DNA of 64,000 nucleotides. Source: Candidatus Marinacidobacterales bacterium (GTDB lineage Bacteria; Acidobacteriota; Vicinamibacteria; Marinacidobacterales; DATDRI01). The position numbers were made by a program, and so were the translations under genes. The notes under the pieces are model-generated. The model had not been told where the DNA came from. It saw nothing but the letters and a program-made list of their open reading frames with translations, and did not search any database. Shown in pieces: positions 19,029 to 29,722 of the stretch. Each line of letters opens with the position of its first letter. Within the stretch, counting starts at the first letter, position 1. The DNA is taken from assembly GCA_965219415.1 (NCBI GenBank), contig CBDCNP010000002.1:1088001-1152000 (forward strand), given 5' to 3'.

Positions 19029-21050
19029 ATGATTTTGCTGCCCTTGATCCTGAGCGGTTGTGCCGCAGAATTAGAGGATCCTCGCACACCCGGCCAGTCC
19101 CGGGCCGCGATTCCGCATCCGCCTTTGGACGAGATGGATCGGGTCGTTGCGCGCGAGCTGGAATCTCGCCGAGCCGAGCTCGACGCTCTTCTGGCTAGAG
19201 ATGATCTGGCGCCGGCAGAACGGGGGGGCGCCATCGGGCAAATGGGCCGAGTGTACCACGCGCATCGCCTGCACGACATGGCAGAAGCCTGCTATCGGGA
19301 AGCCCACGCGCTCGAGCCCGAGCGCTTCGATTGGTCCTACTATCTTGGCGTTCTACTTTCCCTGCGCGGCGACCCTGACGAAGCGGCCGCGGCTTTCGAA
19401 GTCGCTCTCGAACTGCGGCCGCAGGACGTGCCGACCCTGATTCGGCTCGCAGACACCGAGCTCGAGCGCGGGCGGACCGAAGCAGCACAAACGCTCTACG
19501 AAAAGGCCCTGTCCTTGGATGAGTCGCTGGCGGCGGCGGAATATGGGCTCGGTAGGGTGGCGACCACGCAGCGACGCTTCGAAGACGCGGTCGAGCATTT
19601 CAACAAGACGCTGTCCCTCCAGCCCCGTGCGCTGGTGGTTCATTATCAACTGGGCCAAGCGTATCGTCAGTTGAACCAGCTTGAGAATGCGAGGCACCAC
19701 CTTGCAGAAAGCGGCAAAGCGAAGGTCGCGCTTCAGGACCCGCTGGTGAAAAAGCTGAGCGCAGTCACCCGCGGCGCCTCGCCCCACATCGCCCAGGGAA
19801 CCGCCGCCATGCGACAGGGTCGACCCCTCATGGCCGCCGCGGCGTACCGCCGCGCCATAGAGGCAGATCCCAAGAACGTCCAAGCCCGTCAGAGCCTCGG
19901 TACGGTCCTGATCCGGCTCGGAGACTTGGAAGGAGCGGTGGAGCAATTCACTGCCGCCGCCGAGCTGGCACCCGAAGACGCGCCGGCGCAGACCACGCTG
20001 GGGAACGCACTTGCCGAGCAGGGCGATTACGAACAGGCCCTGAAGCATCTTCGCCGTGCGGTCGAGCTCGAGCCGGAGCTAACCGAGGCCCTTTTTAGTC
20101 TCGGTAAGATCCTCGCCGGCCTTCGTCGGTACGACGAGGCGGTGAGCACTTATCGCAGGGTACTCGAGATCGATCCGAACCATCTCCCGGCGCGCTCACG
20201 ATTAGGGACCACGCTCGCCCAATCCGGAAACCTCGAAGAGAGCATCTCGCATCTGCGGGAAGTCGCGCGTCAGAACCCAGAAGACGCGCGGGCGCATCTG
20301 AACCTCGGTGCGGCGCTCGGGCAGGCGGGTGAATACGACGCCGCCATCCGAGAGAACCAGAGAGTTCTGGAGCTGGCGCCGCCGCCGGAAACACAGGCGC
20401 TAGCGCACTTCTATCTGGGGTCTTTTTACGAACGCAAAAACGATCCCGACCGCGCGCTGGAGCACTACCGTCGAGCGCTGGAAGAGAATGGCGAGCTGGT
20501 GGAGGGCCACTTCTATCTGGCGGAATTTCTCGCTAGGTCCGACCGCCTGACCGAAGCGCTACCTCACTACGCTCGGGTCGGCGAGATCGAACCAAGTCAC
20601 GGAATCGCCCGGCTTCGGGAGGCCGAGGTGCTCATGCGCCTGGGTCGATTCCCCGAAGCGAAGAGGGTTTTGGAAGACGCCGTGGCAACGTCCCCCCGGG
20701 ATCCGACCTTGGCTCACGCGCTGGGTAGGCTCCTGGCCGGGGCACCGGACGCGTCGCTTCGCAACGGGCCGCGGGGACTCGCGCTGGCGGAGCGGTTGCT
20801 CGAGACGGCGAGCACCCCTCCCCACATTGAAACGCTGGCCATGGCTTTGGCCGAGGCGGGCCAGTTCGAAGAAGCGACGCGTGCGCAGAGCACCGTGCTT
20901 GCGGAAGCCAAAAGGCTGAATCGAAAGTTTGACGCCGAGAGATTGGAGCGCAACCTGGCGCGCTACGAGAACCAAACCGCTTGCTGCGCCACCCCGTCCG
21001 ACGCCTTTCCTGTGGTGTTGCCCAACTCCCCGTTTGCCAATCGGCGCTAG
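19029..21050 (+). CDS. TPR-repeat lipoprotein, paralog of 2710..4101; start uncertain
   Basis: Lipobox LSGC, many TPRs, and C-terminal LLAGAPDASLRNG...ETLAMALAEAGQF motif. Confidence 0.85.
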   Translation: MILLPLILSGCAAELEDPRTPGQSRAAIPHPPLDEMDRVVARELESRRAELDALLARDDLAPAERGGAIGQMGRVYHAHRLHDMAEACYREAHALEPERFDWSYYLGVLLSLRGDPDEAAAAFEVALELRPQDVPTLIRLADTELERGRTEAAQTLYEKALSLDESLAAAEYGLGRVATTQRRFEDAVEHFNKTLSLQPRALVVHYQLGQAYRQLNQLENARHHLAESGKAKVALQDPLVKKLSAVTRGASPHIAQGTAAMRQGRPLMAAAAYRRAIEADPKNVQARQSLGTVLIRLGDLEGAVEQFTAAAELAPEDAPAQTTLGNALAEQGDYEQALKHLRRAVELEPELTEALFSLGKILAGLRRYDEAVSTYRRVLEIDPNHLPARSRLGTTLAQSGNLEESISHLREVARQNPEDARAHLNLGAALGQAGEYDAAIRENQRVLELAPPPETQALAHFYLGSFYERKNDPDRALEHYRRALEENGELVEGHFYLAEFLARSDRLTEALPHYARVGEIEPSHGIARLREAEVLMRLGRFPEAKRVLEDAVATSPRDPTLAHALGRLLAGAPDASLRNGPRGLALAERLLETASTPPHIETLAMALAEAGQFEEATRAQSTVLAEAKRLNRKFDAERLERNLARYENQTACCATPSDAFPVVLPNSPFANRR

Positions 21051-21051
21051 C

Positions 21052-22821
21052 CTAAGGGCTCTTGCGACCGTCCCCTTGATGAAGTGTCGTATATTTCCCG
21101 GTCTCGATGCCGTCCCATTCTTCGTCGGTCCCATCCAGCCAACGTACCAAGACTCGGCTCACCTTGCTCGCCTCCCCGAGTCCGAGGATAACGCGCGGAT
21201 CCCCGGCCGAGGCGTAGCTGCCGTCGGTGTGAACCCTTCGCAAAAGAAGCGGCCCCTCGGCTCGTGAAACCACGACTTCCGCCCCCAGCATGTCGCGGTC
21301 TTTCCCCACCGCCCTCACTCCCACCCATGGCCCATCTTGGCCGACTTGGTTGAGCAGTAGCCGAACCGGCCCGTTGTTGTTTGCGACGACGACGTCTATG
21401 TCCCCGTCGTTGTCCACATCGCCAAACGCCGCGCCTCGACTCACCTCCGAAAGCTCGAACACCTTCCCTGCTTGCGACGTGATCTCCTCGAACTTCCCAG
21501 TACCGAAATTCCGGAACAGCTGGTTGGTCTGATGCAGTGGATACGGGTCTCCGACCCTAATGAGAGACTCCGAATCCCCCACCGCTCCGTTGACGACGAG
21601 GAAATCGAGCCAGCCGTCGTTGTCGTAGTCGAACCATCCGGTGCCGAATCCGGTGTAGGGGAGGCTCGGCAGCCCGAGCCCGGTTCGGAACGAGACGTCT
21701 TCGAAGAGCCCACTCCCTTCGTTCTCGTAGACGGTGTTCGACTCCTGATCGAGGTGGGTCATGACCAGGTCGACGTCGCCATCGGCGTCGAAGTCGAGGG
21801 CGTCCACACCCATGCTGGCCTCGGGCTGCCCGTCTTGGTTGACCGCGACCCCGGCGAATAGGGCCTCGTTTGTGAAAGTGCCGTCCTGTTGGTTGATCCA
21901 AAGCTGGTTCGGCATCCCATCGTTCGCAACGTACAAATCGATCCACCGGTCGCCGTTGAAGTCGGCCGCCACCGCTCCCAACCCGGCACCGTATTCGTTG
22001 CGGATTCCGGCTCGAACGGTGATGTCCTCGAACTGGCCGTTGCCGAGGTTCCGAAACAGACTGTCAGGCTCCGGGCGGTAGGCGCTCGGACTACAATAGG
22101 TCTCCGCACCGCTCGGGTATCTGCAAGGCTTGTGGGAGGCGATCGAGTAGTCCACGTAGTTCCCCACATAGAGATCCAACAAACCGTCCCGATCGAAGTC
22201 GAAAAACGTCGCCGCTACCGACCAGCGGGAGTCCTCCGTGCCGGTGGCGGCGGTGACGTCCTCGAACGTCCCATCGCCCCTGTTTCTCAAGAGCCGGTTC
22301 CCGTCGAAATTGGTGACATAGAGATCCACCCAACCGTCGTTGTCGTAATCTCCGGTTGCCACACCCATCCCGTACCCGTCGGAGAGCACGCCACTCGACT
22401 CGGTGACGTCGGTGAAACGGAGCTCACCGGAACGGTCCGTCCCACTCTGCAAGTCGTTACGGTACAGCCGGTCGGTGAGGGGCTCCGGGTGCTCGGGTGG
22501 GAAGAGCGCATCTGCCACCGTCTTTCCACGTCCGAGCATGTCGCCCTGAACTAGGTAGACGTCTAGATCGCCGTCGTTGTCATAGTCGAAGAGCGCAGCC
22601 CCACCCCCCATCATCTCGTGGAAGTAGTGCTCGCCCGACATCCCGTTGAAGTGAACGAATGTCAATCCGGCGGACTTCGCAACATCGACGAAAATTTCGG
22701 AAGCGTCCCCCGCCGTTGCCGGTTCCGGAGCGTCAGACGCACCGCGATCTGCTTCTTCGCCACAACTAGCGAGAAGAAGAGCCAAGGCCAGCGGTAGCGC
22801 CAAGGAGCTGCGCCTGGTCAT
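21052..22821 (-). CDS. CRTAC1-family (FG-GAP + ASPIC/UnbV) lipoprotein
   Basis: Lipobox LASC, EMMGGGAALFDYDNDGD, YCSP, SRGAAFGDVDNDGD, ASPIC domain; ATGA overlap with xylB. Confidence 0.9.
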   Translation of the reverse strand: MTRRSSLALPLALALLLASCGEEADRGASDAPEPATAGDASEIFVDVAKSAGLTFVHFNGMSGEHYFHEMMGGGAALFDYDNDGDLDVYLVQGDMLGRGKTVADALFPPEHPEPLTDRLYRNDLQSGTDRSGELRFTDVTESSGVLSDGYGMGVATGDYDNDGWVDLYVTNFDGNRLLRNRGDGTFEDVTAATGTEDSRWSVAATFFDFDRDGLLDLYVGNYVDYSIASHKPCRYPSGAETYCSPSAYRPEPDSLFRNLGNGQFEDITVRAGIRNEYGAGLGAVAADFNGDRWIDLYVANDGMPNQLWINQQDGTFTNEALFAGVAVNQDGQPEASMGVDALDFDADGDVDLVMTHLDQESNTVYENEGSGLFEDVSFRTGLGLPSLPYTGFGTGWFDYDNDGWLDFLVVNGAVGDSESLIRVGDPYPLHQTNQLFRNFGTGKFEEITSQAGKVFELSEVSRGAAFGDVDNDGDIDVVVANNNGPVRLLLNQVGQDGPWVGVRAVGKDRDMLGAEVVVSRAEGPLLLRRVHTDGSYASAGDPRVILGLGEASKVSRVLVRWLDGTDEEWDGIETGKYTTLHQGDGRKSP

Positions 22822-24302
22822 GGAATTTCCTTTTCTAGTGCGCGGAGCCAATGCTGGTAGGCCCCGACGTACGCTTCGGTTTTGGAGGCGTCCGGCTCGA
22901 CGACCGCTAGGCGTTTGAGGCCCTCGAAGGCATCACCGAAGGACTCGTAGTAGGCGACTCCCACGCCGGCCGCCCGCGCCGCGCCTTCCGCACCGTCCGT
23001 TTCATAGAGCTCGATGGTCGCCCCGGTCACCCCGGCGAATGTGTCGCGGAAAACCGGGCTCTGAAACATGTTCGCTTGGCCTGCCTTGATGGCCGAGAGC
23101 TCGATTCCGAGCTCGTTCATGCACGCCATCCCGTATTTCAGCGCAAAGACGATCCCCTCTTGAGCGGCGCGTAGTAGGTGAGCTCGCGAATGGCGTTGGA
23201 AGTTTAAGTCATGGACCTGGCATCCGACGTCGCGATTACCGAGCACCCGCTCGGCGCCATTTCCGAACGGCATCACCACGACTCCGTCGCTACCGATTGG
23301 GACCTCGCCTGCCAGTCGATTCATCGACTCGTAATCCAGATCGGCAGCGACGTTCTTGCGCAACCAGGCGTTCAGCGCTCCGGTGCCATTGATACAGAGC
23401 AGCACCCCCAGCCGAGGATTCTCGGCCTGGTGATTGACGTGGGCAAACGTATTGACCCGCGATTGCGGGTCGGCTTTCACGACGTCGCTCACACCATAGA
23501 CGACACCTGAGGTTCCGGCGGTCGCCGCCACTTGACCGGGATCGACCGCGCTCAACGAGAACGCATTGTTGGGTTGATCCCCCGCTCGGTAGGAAACTTT
23601 CGTGCCCGCATTCAAACCGAGCTCCGCGGCGGCACCCCGCGTCAGCTCTCCTTGCACCGAGAAAGTCGGCAGGACATCAGGAACGAGAGCCGGATCGACT
23701 CCATAGTGCTCGAGGAGAAATCCAGCGACTTCGTTGCTTGTAAAATCCCAGAGCGTCCCTTCCGACAAACCGGACGACGTGGTGTTGATGTCGCCGGTCA
23801 TGCGCATCGCTACGTAGTCGCCGGGGAGCATGAACTTATGAATGCGGCCATAGATTTCTGTTTCGTTCTCTTTGACCCACCGGAGCTTGGAAGCCGTAAA
23901 GTTTCCCGGGGAATTGAGGAGTCTTTCGAGGCACCTGTCCGGGCCGATCTCCTGAAAAGCCTTGTCACCGATCTCGACTGCGCGGCTGTCACACCAGATG
24001 ATCGCAGGCCTCAATACACTACCGCCACGATCGACCACGACGAGGCCGTGCATTTGATAGGAAATGCCGATCGATCCGATGTCTTCCGTACGAACGTCGG
24101 CGCTCGCCAGAACCTTGCTGACCGCGAGCTTCAGGTGCTCCCACCACTGACCCGGCTCCTGCTCCGCCCACCCAGGTTGAGGCGCGTCGATCTTCATCTC
24201 CGTTTCCGGCGAAAAGGCAGACGCCACCGACGCCCCCGACGAGAGATCGATGAGGGAGGCCTTGACGGAAGAGCTTCCGATATCTAGACCTAGTGAGTGC
24301 AT
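22818..24302 (-). CDS. xylB: Xylulokinase (FGGY family)
   Basis: LGLDIGSSSVK, YQMHG, IIWCDSR, AGDQ, GTSGV and GAER motifs; xylA is nearby. Confidence 0.85.
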   Translation of the reverse strand: MHSLGLDIGSSSVKASLIDLSSGASVASAFSPETEMKIDAPQPGWAEQEPGQWWEHLKLAVSKVLASADVRTEDIGSIGISYQMHGLVVVDRGGSVLRPAIIWCDSRAVEIGDKAFQEIGPDRCLERLLNSPGNFTASKLRWVKENETEIYGRIHKFMLPGDYVAMRMTGDINTTSSGLSEGTLWDFTSNEVAGFLLEHYGVDPALVPDVLPTFSVQGELTRGAAAELGLNAGTKVSYRAGDQPNNAFSLSAVDPGQVAATAGTSGVVYGVSDVVKADPQSRVNTFAHVNHQAENPRLGVLLCINGTGALNAWLRKNVAADLDYESMNRLAGEVPIGSDGVVVMPFGNGAERVLGNRDVGCQVHDLNFQRHSRAHLLRAAQEGIVFALKYGMACMNELGIELSAIKAGQANMFQSPVFRDTFAGVTGATIELYETDGAEGAARAAGVGVAYYESFGDAFEGLKRLAVVEPDASKTEAYVGAYQHWLRALEKEIP

Positions 24303-24402
24303 GTTCGTCCTCGGAAGGACGCTAGCACACCCCTGCTGGCGAAGGAAGAGCTCTTGCACGTAGGGGTGAAACGGGCTTCGAGCGGCGGTGGAGGTGACTA
24401 AT

Positions 24403-25702
24403 TTACCGGCGGCGTTCAGGGACCTGCTCGATCATCAGATCTTGATCGGTAACCAAAAGCTCGGGCTCGTTGCCGCTCAGGTACTCCCGCCGGGCCGGCA
24501 ACACTCGGTTTCGGCCTTGGCTCTTGGCGGTATAAAGGGCCGCGTCGGCCGCCTGTAACAAATTGGTCGAATCGAGCCCATGCGCCGGGTAAGCCGCCAC
24601 GCCTCCACTGACACTCAAGACACCGAGCGGCTGGCGGTCGGCGAACGGCAAGTTCCCTTGCTCGATCGCGTTTCTGATCTTTTCCGCCACCACCAGTGCC
24701 TCCATGAGCTCGGTATCCGGCAGTACCAACAAGAATTCTTCCCCACCGAACCGCCCGAAGATGTCATCTTCGCGAATAGTTTTCACGACCAGTTGCGCAA
24801 GCTCCCGGAGCAGATGATCACCGGCGACGTGTCCATTCACGTCGTTGTAGTTTTTGAAGTTGTCGATGTCGAAGAGAAAGACCGTGAACCCGGAGACATT
24901 CTCACGCGCTTGCTGCATTAGGTCCCCCGAGAGTCTGGATGAGGTGACGTTTGTTGAAAATCTTGGTGAGTCCGTCCACGTCAGCCGAGAATTTCGTGCG
25001 CCGATAGACAGCTGCATTGCGAGCCGTGAGGGCACCGATCTGAGCGATGACTCGCAGCGCTGCTTTGGCGTCGGAAGCTTCATAGGGTCCGTAGGACAAG
25101 CCCGACAGTGCGATGACCCCGGCGGTCTCACCATCGATTACCATCGGCGCCGCCAGCTCGGGCTGGAAATCGACGAGTGGCTCGCCGGTGATGGTCGCCG
25201 GTTCGAAATGTCTCTCTCGGTCGAAATCGTAGCGGCTCATGACGATTTGAGTCTCCGCGACCAGTCCGATCTCGCCCCGGCCGATCAAGATGGCCTCCCC
25301 CTTCTGTATTCGAGACTTTTCTGGATGGAGGACCGCCACCACCAGTTCACCGGGTTGGGATGTCGCCTCACCTCGACGCCACAAGACCAACGCCTCCTGC
25401 GGCTTCAAAGCCTGTCGCACGATGTGCAGGAGAATTTCGGCTAAACGACGGGTACTGACTTGGCTGTGAAGCTCCTTGGTGAGCGAGGGAAGATCGCGAA
25501 GGAAACCGCTGAGAAATTGCTTGTGCTCCTCGACCGAGCGTATACCTTGCTGGAGGTCGGAAGGAAGGGTCCCGAACTCCCGTTCACTTTCGAGCTCCCC
25601 GATGGCTTGCTTGAGTTTATCCCGCAGTCGGAGATTGGAGCGCACGAGAAGGCACAACGCGAGACACCCAGCGATAGTCGTAACAACACTTAGATCGGGC
25701 AA
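24403..25702 (-). pseudogene. GAF-like sensor + GGDEF diguanylate cyclase, split by a +1 frameshift (possibly a sequencing error)
   Basis: DGLTKIFNKR is in one frame and DIDNFK...GHVAGD...RFGGEEF in another. Removing one base of the C5 run at 24924-24928 restores TLGDLMQQ. Confidence 0.82.
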
Positions 25703-26047
25703 GAGCTACTCCTCCTCGGGAGTGATACAAGAACGGTGCCGTCTCCACCAACTGAGCCCTCGTCGCCGAATGGGCGCAACCTCTTTCATGAGTTGGGTTT
25801 TTGCCGACGTGGGGGTCGACCCGAACCGTATGCTTTCCGCTACGGATGGGGAGTTTTACCCGACCGGTGGGGGAAAAAGGCAACACCTTCTCAACGGAAA
25901 CCCGGGGTGCGCACCCCCCCCACGGATCCCGGCCCGTCGCCGCAAGAGCAAGTTGCACACCGTCCTGGCGCCCTCCGCCATCGATGAAAACGCCCTTCAA
26001 GTCACCCTGGCACGCAGCTTGAGTCCAAATATCACGCATAGTCACTA

Positions 26048-27685
26048 ATGATGAGGGACATCGGAATGGAGGATTTGGGTCGGGATTCGCGGGATTGGGT
26101 CGGCTCCTTGTCCTCGGTGCCCCTCGCGGAAGTCATCAAGCGGATCGCGCTAGAAGAGCAGACCGGAGACCTGCAAGTCATCTTCGGACAAGCCGCCAAG
26201 ACGATCTATTTCGACCGAGGGTTCGTCGTCTTCGCCGCCAGCAGCCTCGAAGTGGATCGCCTGGGCTATCGATTGATCCACTCGGGCCATATCTCGCGGG
26301 ATGACTTCACCCATGCCGCCGAAATGGCAAGGCGTGATCAACAGAGACTGGGACAGGCTTTGGTGCAGGCCGGTGTCATGTCGGAGGAGGACATCGGTCA
26401 TCAGGTTGCCATGCAGATCGATGGGATCGTAGTTTCTCTCTTCGAAGTCGAACAAGGCATTTACAGCTTCGACCAGAGAGCCTGCAATATCCCGATCGAG
26501 CTAATGGTGAGTCTATCTATTCACCGCATTTTACTGGACGGCATCCGCACGATGCCCAACCCCGATGGCATTCTGGAGTGTCTGCCTCCTCTCGACACCT
26601 CGGTCCGGGTCGCGGTGTGGCCCCCGTTTACGTGTGACGTCGACCAGCTGCCCCCCGTTGAGCAGAACGTCCTGCAATCAGTGGAAGAGGGTGCTGTTTT
26701 AGAAGAAGTCCTTCGGAAGTTACCCGGAGACTACGGAGCTGTCCTGAAGGCATGCTACGGTCTTTATTCCTCCGGAATCCTCGAACCTGGCGACGGCAAA
26801 GCAGACGAGTGCCCGCTCAAAGTTCAGGAGGAGACCAAGACATTTCGTCTCTCCGAGCTCGAAAGGTGCCTAGGAAAGACGCAGGCAACGAGCATCCAAC
26901 AGGAGATCCGCGTGATGCACGAAAGCCTGGAACAGACTCCAGACGACCAACTGCTCCAAATCAATTCTCGCACGACCGACGAAGAGGTCGAGGAAGCTTA
27001 CCGAGAACGGTGCAGTGAATGGTCATGGGTACGAAGCCTGGCTCAAAACGAACCTTCACTAGCCGGGAAGATAAACGAGATAGAAACTCGTTTGGAAGCC
27101 GCCTACCAGCGCGTGTTGACGCAAAGAAAGCGCCAAACGGAAACTTCGTCTGAGCCTGATCGATCCGCGGCCCCGCCTGAAAGGACGGAGAGTCCCGGTC
27201 GCGCTGACCCGAACCGTGAGAGCACCACTGCGGCCTCTCACCGTGCCCTCGGGGAAGCGATCCGAGGCGAGATCCGGAGCCGCGTGGAGCAGATCCTCTC
27301 GGACGTCGAGCGGCACTCTAAAGCGCAGGATTGGCAGGGCGCCATCGCGTTGCTTTTCGAGCTCGTCCAGCTCGCTCCGCAAAACGCTTCGTATCGTGCA
27401 AAGCTTGCCCACACGATGTCCAAGCATCCCCTCCAGCGTAGACGGGCGGAGCGGCACTTCATCGAGGCACTACGACTGGCGCCGCAGGACGCGGAGCTTC
27501 ACGTCTCGCTCGGGCTCTACTACAAGTCGTTTGGACTGAAGACCCGCGCCGAGACCGAGTTCCGTACCGCACTCCTGATCGATCCGAAACACACGAAGGC
27601 CCTCAAACAGGTGGCTGCCGAACGAAATTCGAAGGCCTCGTGGGGCGAGCTACTCAACCGGATGCTGTCCTCGGCCGCCGGCTGA
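26048..27685 (+). CDS. DUF4388 (PatA-N-like) domain protein with J-like middle region and C-terminal TPR
   Basis: GSLSSVPLAEVI...QTGDL...IYFDRG, RLGQALVQAG, C-terminal TPRs. Confidence 0.75.
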   Translation: MMRDIGMEDLGRDSRDWVGSLSSVPLAEVIKRIALEEQTGDLQVIFGQAAKTIYFDRGFVVFAASSLEVDRLGYRLIHSGHISRDDFTHAAEMARRDQQRLGQALVQAGVMSEEDIGHQVAMQIDGIVVSLFEVEQGIYSFDQRACNIPIELMVSLSIHRILLDGIRTMPNPDGILECLPPLDTSVRVAVWPPFTCDVDQLPPVEQNVLQSVEEGAVLEEVLRKLPGDYGAVLKACYGLYSSGILEPGDGKADECPLKVQEETKTFRLSELERCLGKTQATSIQQEIRVMHESLEQTPDDQLLQINSRTTDEEVEEAYRERCSEWSWVRSLAQNEPSLAGKINEIETRLEAAYQRVLTQRKRQTETSSEPDRSAAPPERTESPGRADPNRESTTAASHRALGEAIRGEIRSRVEQILSDVERHSKAQDWQGAIALLFELVQLAPQNASYRAKLAHTMSKHPLQRRRAERHFIEALRLAPQDAELHVSLGLYYKSFGLKTRAETEFRTALLIDPKHTKALKQVAAERNSKASWGELLNRMLSSAAG

Positions 27686-27816
27686 GCGCGGCGTGTCTCG
27701 GGTTCGATCGTCGATGGAGACGAGACGTGCAAAAAAATCAAAATAACTCTTGACGAAAGCCGGCAAGGCCGGAGGAGTTGTGCCTATCAACGTCCTCTTC
27801 ATTCCCGTTTCTCGAC

Positions 27817-27845
27817 TTGACCAATCCGCAAGTGACTGCTAGCTT
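27817..27845 (+). promoter_or_regulatory. Sigma70-like promoter TTGACC-N17-TAGCTT, followed by a LacI-like box AAACGCTT at 27872-27879
   Basis: Consensus-like hexamers with an exact 17-bp spacer, upstream of the sugar symporter. Confidence 0.5.
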
Positions 27846-27896
27846 TCGTCGCCAGGCAACATAGTCCAGAGAAACGCTTAACACAAGTCACTACAC

Positions 27897-28020
27897 GTGT
27901 TTGAGTCGACCGAAGGCGAGCTCGGGAGGTATGACACTCACAAGCTCGTAAACGTGGAGACGGGCGAGTACGCCGTCATACTCTCCGGTGCGGGAACCAC
28001 GCTCAACGAGCTAACGACCC
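27897..28020 (+). pseudogene. Possible N-terminal remnant of an aldose 1-epimerase-like gene
   Basis: MFESTEGELGRYDTHKLVNVETGEYAVILSGAGTTLNEL resembles mutarotase-family N-termini, and the similarity then stops. Recognised from memory only. Confidence 0.4.
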
Positions 28021-28086
28021 GGAGCGCGGGAGAAACAATCCGTAAGGGCAAAGGTCACTTTGTTGGGGAATCGAGGTCTCGCACAC

Positions 28087-29700
28087 ATGAGTACGCTTGT
28101 CACTCTCGATTGGATCGTCATCGCTCTCTATTTCCTGGCTGTTTTCGGAATCGCCTGGTGGGTCATCCGGCAGAAACAGAGCTCCACCGAAGACTACTTC
28201 TTAGCCGGCAAGAACGTAGGCTGGTTTGTGGTCGGCGCGTCTTTGTTCGCGTCAAACATCGGGTCGGAGCATCTCGTCGGGCTGGCTGGCACCGGGGCGG
28301 AAAACGGCGTCGTTTTCGGGCACCTAGAATTTCAAGCCTCGCTGGTCCTGCTGCTCTTGGGATGGCTCTTCGTCCCCTTCTACACCCGAAGTCGTGTCTT
28401 TACCATGCCCGAGTTCTTGGAAAGGCGGTACTCCCCCGCGGCGCGATGGTACCTATCCGTCATCTCCGTCGTCGGCTACGTCTTGACCAAGATCAGCGTC
28501 ACGATCTATGCGGGTGGCGTGGTCTTCGAAACACTGATGGGAATCGATTTCTGGACTGGGGCCTTGGCGATCGTAGTCTTGACCGGCATCTACACTGCAC
28601 TGGGCGGCCTGCGTGCGGTGGTTTATACCGAGGTCCTCCAGAGCGCGGTCCTGCTTGCCGGCGCGGCCGCGGTCACCGCGGTTGGATTGGCGAGAGTCGG
28701 AGGATGGGGCGCCCTATACGATACCGTCGGGAGCGAGTACTTCAACGTGTGGAAACCGATCTCCCATCCCGATTTTCCCTGGACAGGCATGGTGTTCGGC
28801 GCTCCGATCATCGCCATCTGGTATTGGTGCACCGATCAGTACATCGTCCAGAGAACCCTCGCCGCCCGCAACGAGACCGAGGCACGACGAGGCACCATCT
28901 TCGCCGGTTTTCTCAAACAACTCCCCCTATTCATTTTCATCGTCCCAGGCATGATCGCCTATGCCCTGTCACTCAAAGGGGAGCTCGAGCTCGCGCAGGC
29001 GGACCGGGCACTACCCACGCTGGTCATGGTGCTTTTGCCGGTGGGCCTCCGGGGATTGGTGGCCGCCGGGCTGCTCGCAGCATTGATGAGCTCGCTGTCC
29101 GCAGTATTCAACTCGAGCTCCACGCTCATCACCATGGATTTCTACAAGAAGCTCCATCCGGGGGCGTCGGATAGACAGCTCATCCTTGTGGGGCGGCTCG
29201 CGACCGTCATTCTGGTCGGGCTAGGTTTACTTTGGATCCCTTTGATGCAGGGGATCTCGGAAACCCTTTACCTCTATCTGCAAAAGGTTCAATCCTACGT
29301 CTCGCCGCCGATCGCTGCCGTGTTCTTGCTCGGGGTCTTCTTCAAGAGGATCACGTCGACTGCCGCCATCTCGGCACTGGTGGGTGGTTTCGCGATTGGA
29401 ATGCTCAGGCTGATTGCAGAGATCAACAAGGCATCGCTTGACGGTGTCCTGCTAACGTTCGCCAGCATCAATTTCCTTCACTTCGCCGTCTTTCTATTCT
29501 TGTTCTGCGTCGTGGGCATGATCGTGGTGAGCTCGTTCACGAAGGCACCCACTGAGGAACAACTAGCGGGACTGACGTTCGAAACAACCAGCAGCGGTGA
29601 GAAGGAAAAATCCCGCGCTACGTGGTCGAAGATGGACGTAGCCCTATCCGTGGTTTTGGTAGCGGTCGTCGTTGTTATTGTGCTGTATTTTCGTGGCTAG
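28087..29700 (+). CDS. Sodium:solute symporter (SGLT-like sugar transporter), possibly for xylose
   Basis: DYFLAG, SLFASNIGSEHLVGLAG, WYWCTDQYIVQR, AALMSSL. Confidence 0.9.
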   Translation: MSTLVTLDWIVIALYFLAVFGIAWWVIRQKQSSTEDYFLAGKNVGWFVVGASLFASNIGSEHLVGLAGTGAENGVVFGHLEFQASLVLLLLGWLFVPFYTRSRVFTMPEFLERRYSPAARWYLSVISVVGYVLTKISVTIYAGGVVFETLMGIDFWTGALAIVVLTGIYTALGGLRAVVYTEVLQSAVLLAGAAAVTAVGLARVGGWGALYDTVGSEYFNVWKPISHPDFPWTGMVFGAPIIAIWYWCTDQYIVQRTLAARNETEARRGTIFAGFLKQLPLFIFIVPGMIAYALSLKGELELAQADRALPTLVMVLLPVGLRGLVAAGLLAALMSSLSAVFNSSSTLITMDFYKKLHPGASDRQLILVGRLATVILVGLGLLWIPLMQGISETLYLYLQKVQSYVSPPIAAVFLLGVFFKRITSTAAISALVGGFAIGMLRLIAEINKASLDGVLLTFASINFLHFAVFLFLFCVVGMIVVSSFTKAPTEEQLAGLTFETTSSGEKEKSRATWSKMDVALSVVLVAVVVVIVLYFRG

Positions 29701-29722
29701 GTGCCGCTAGACCTGGGTAGGT

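Noticed and set aside
25617-26048. Short ORFs or an ncRNA in the divergent intergenic region
   Set aside because: No recognisable protein motif, riboswitch or tRNA structure.
27897-29174. 425-aa ORF as a real gene
   Set aside because: Beyond about 40 codons it is an Arg-rich alternative frame of the symporter gene.
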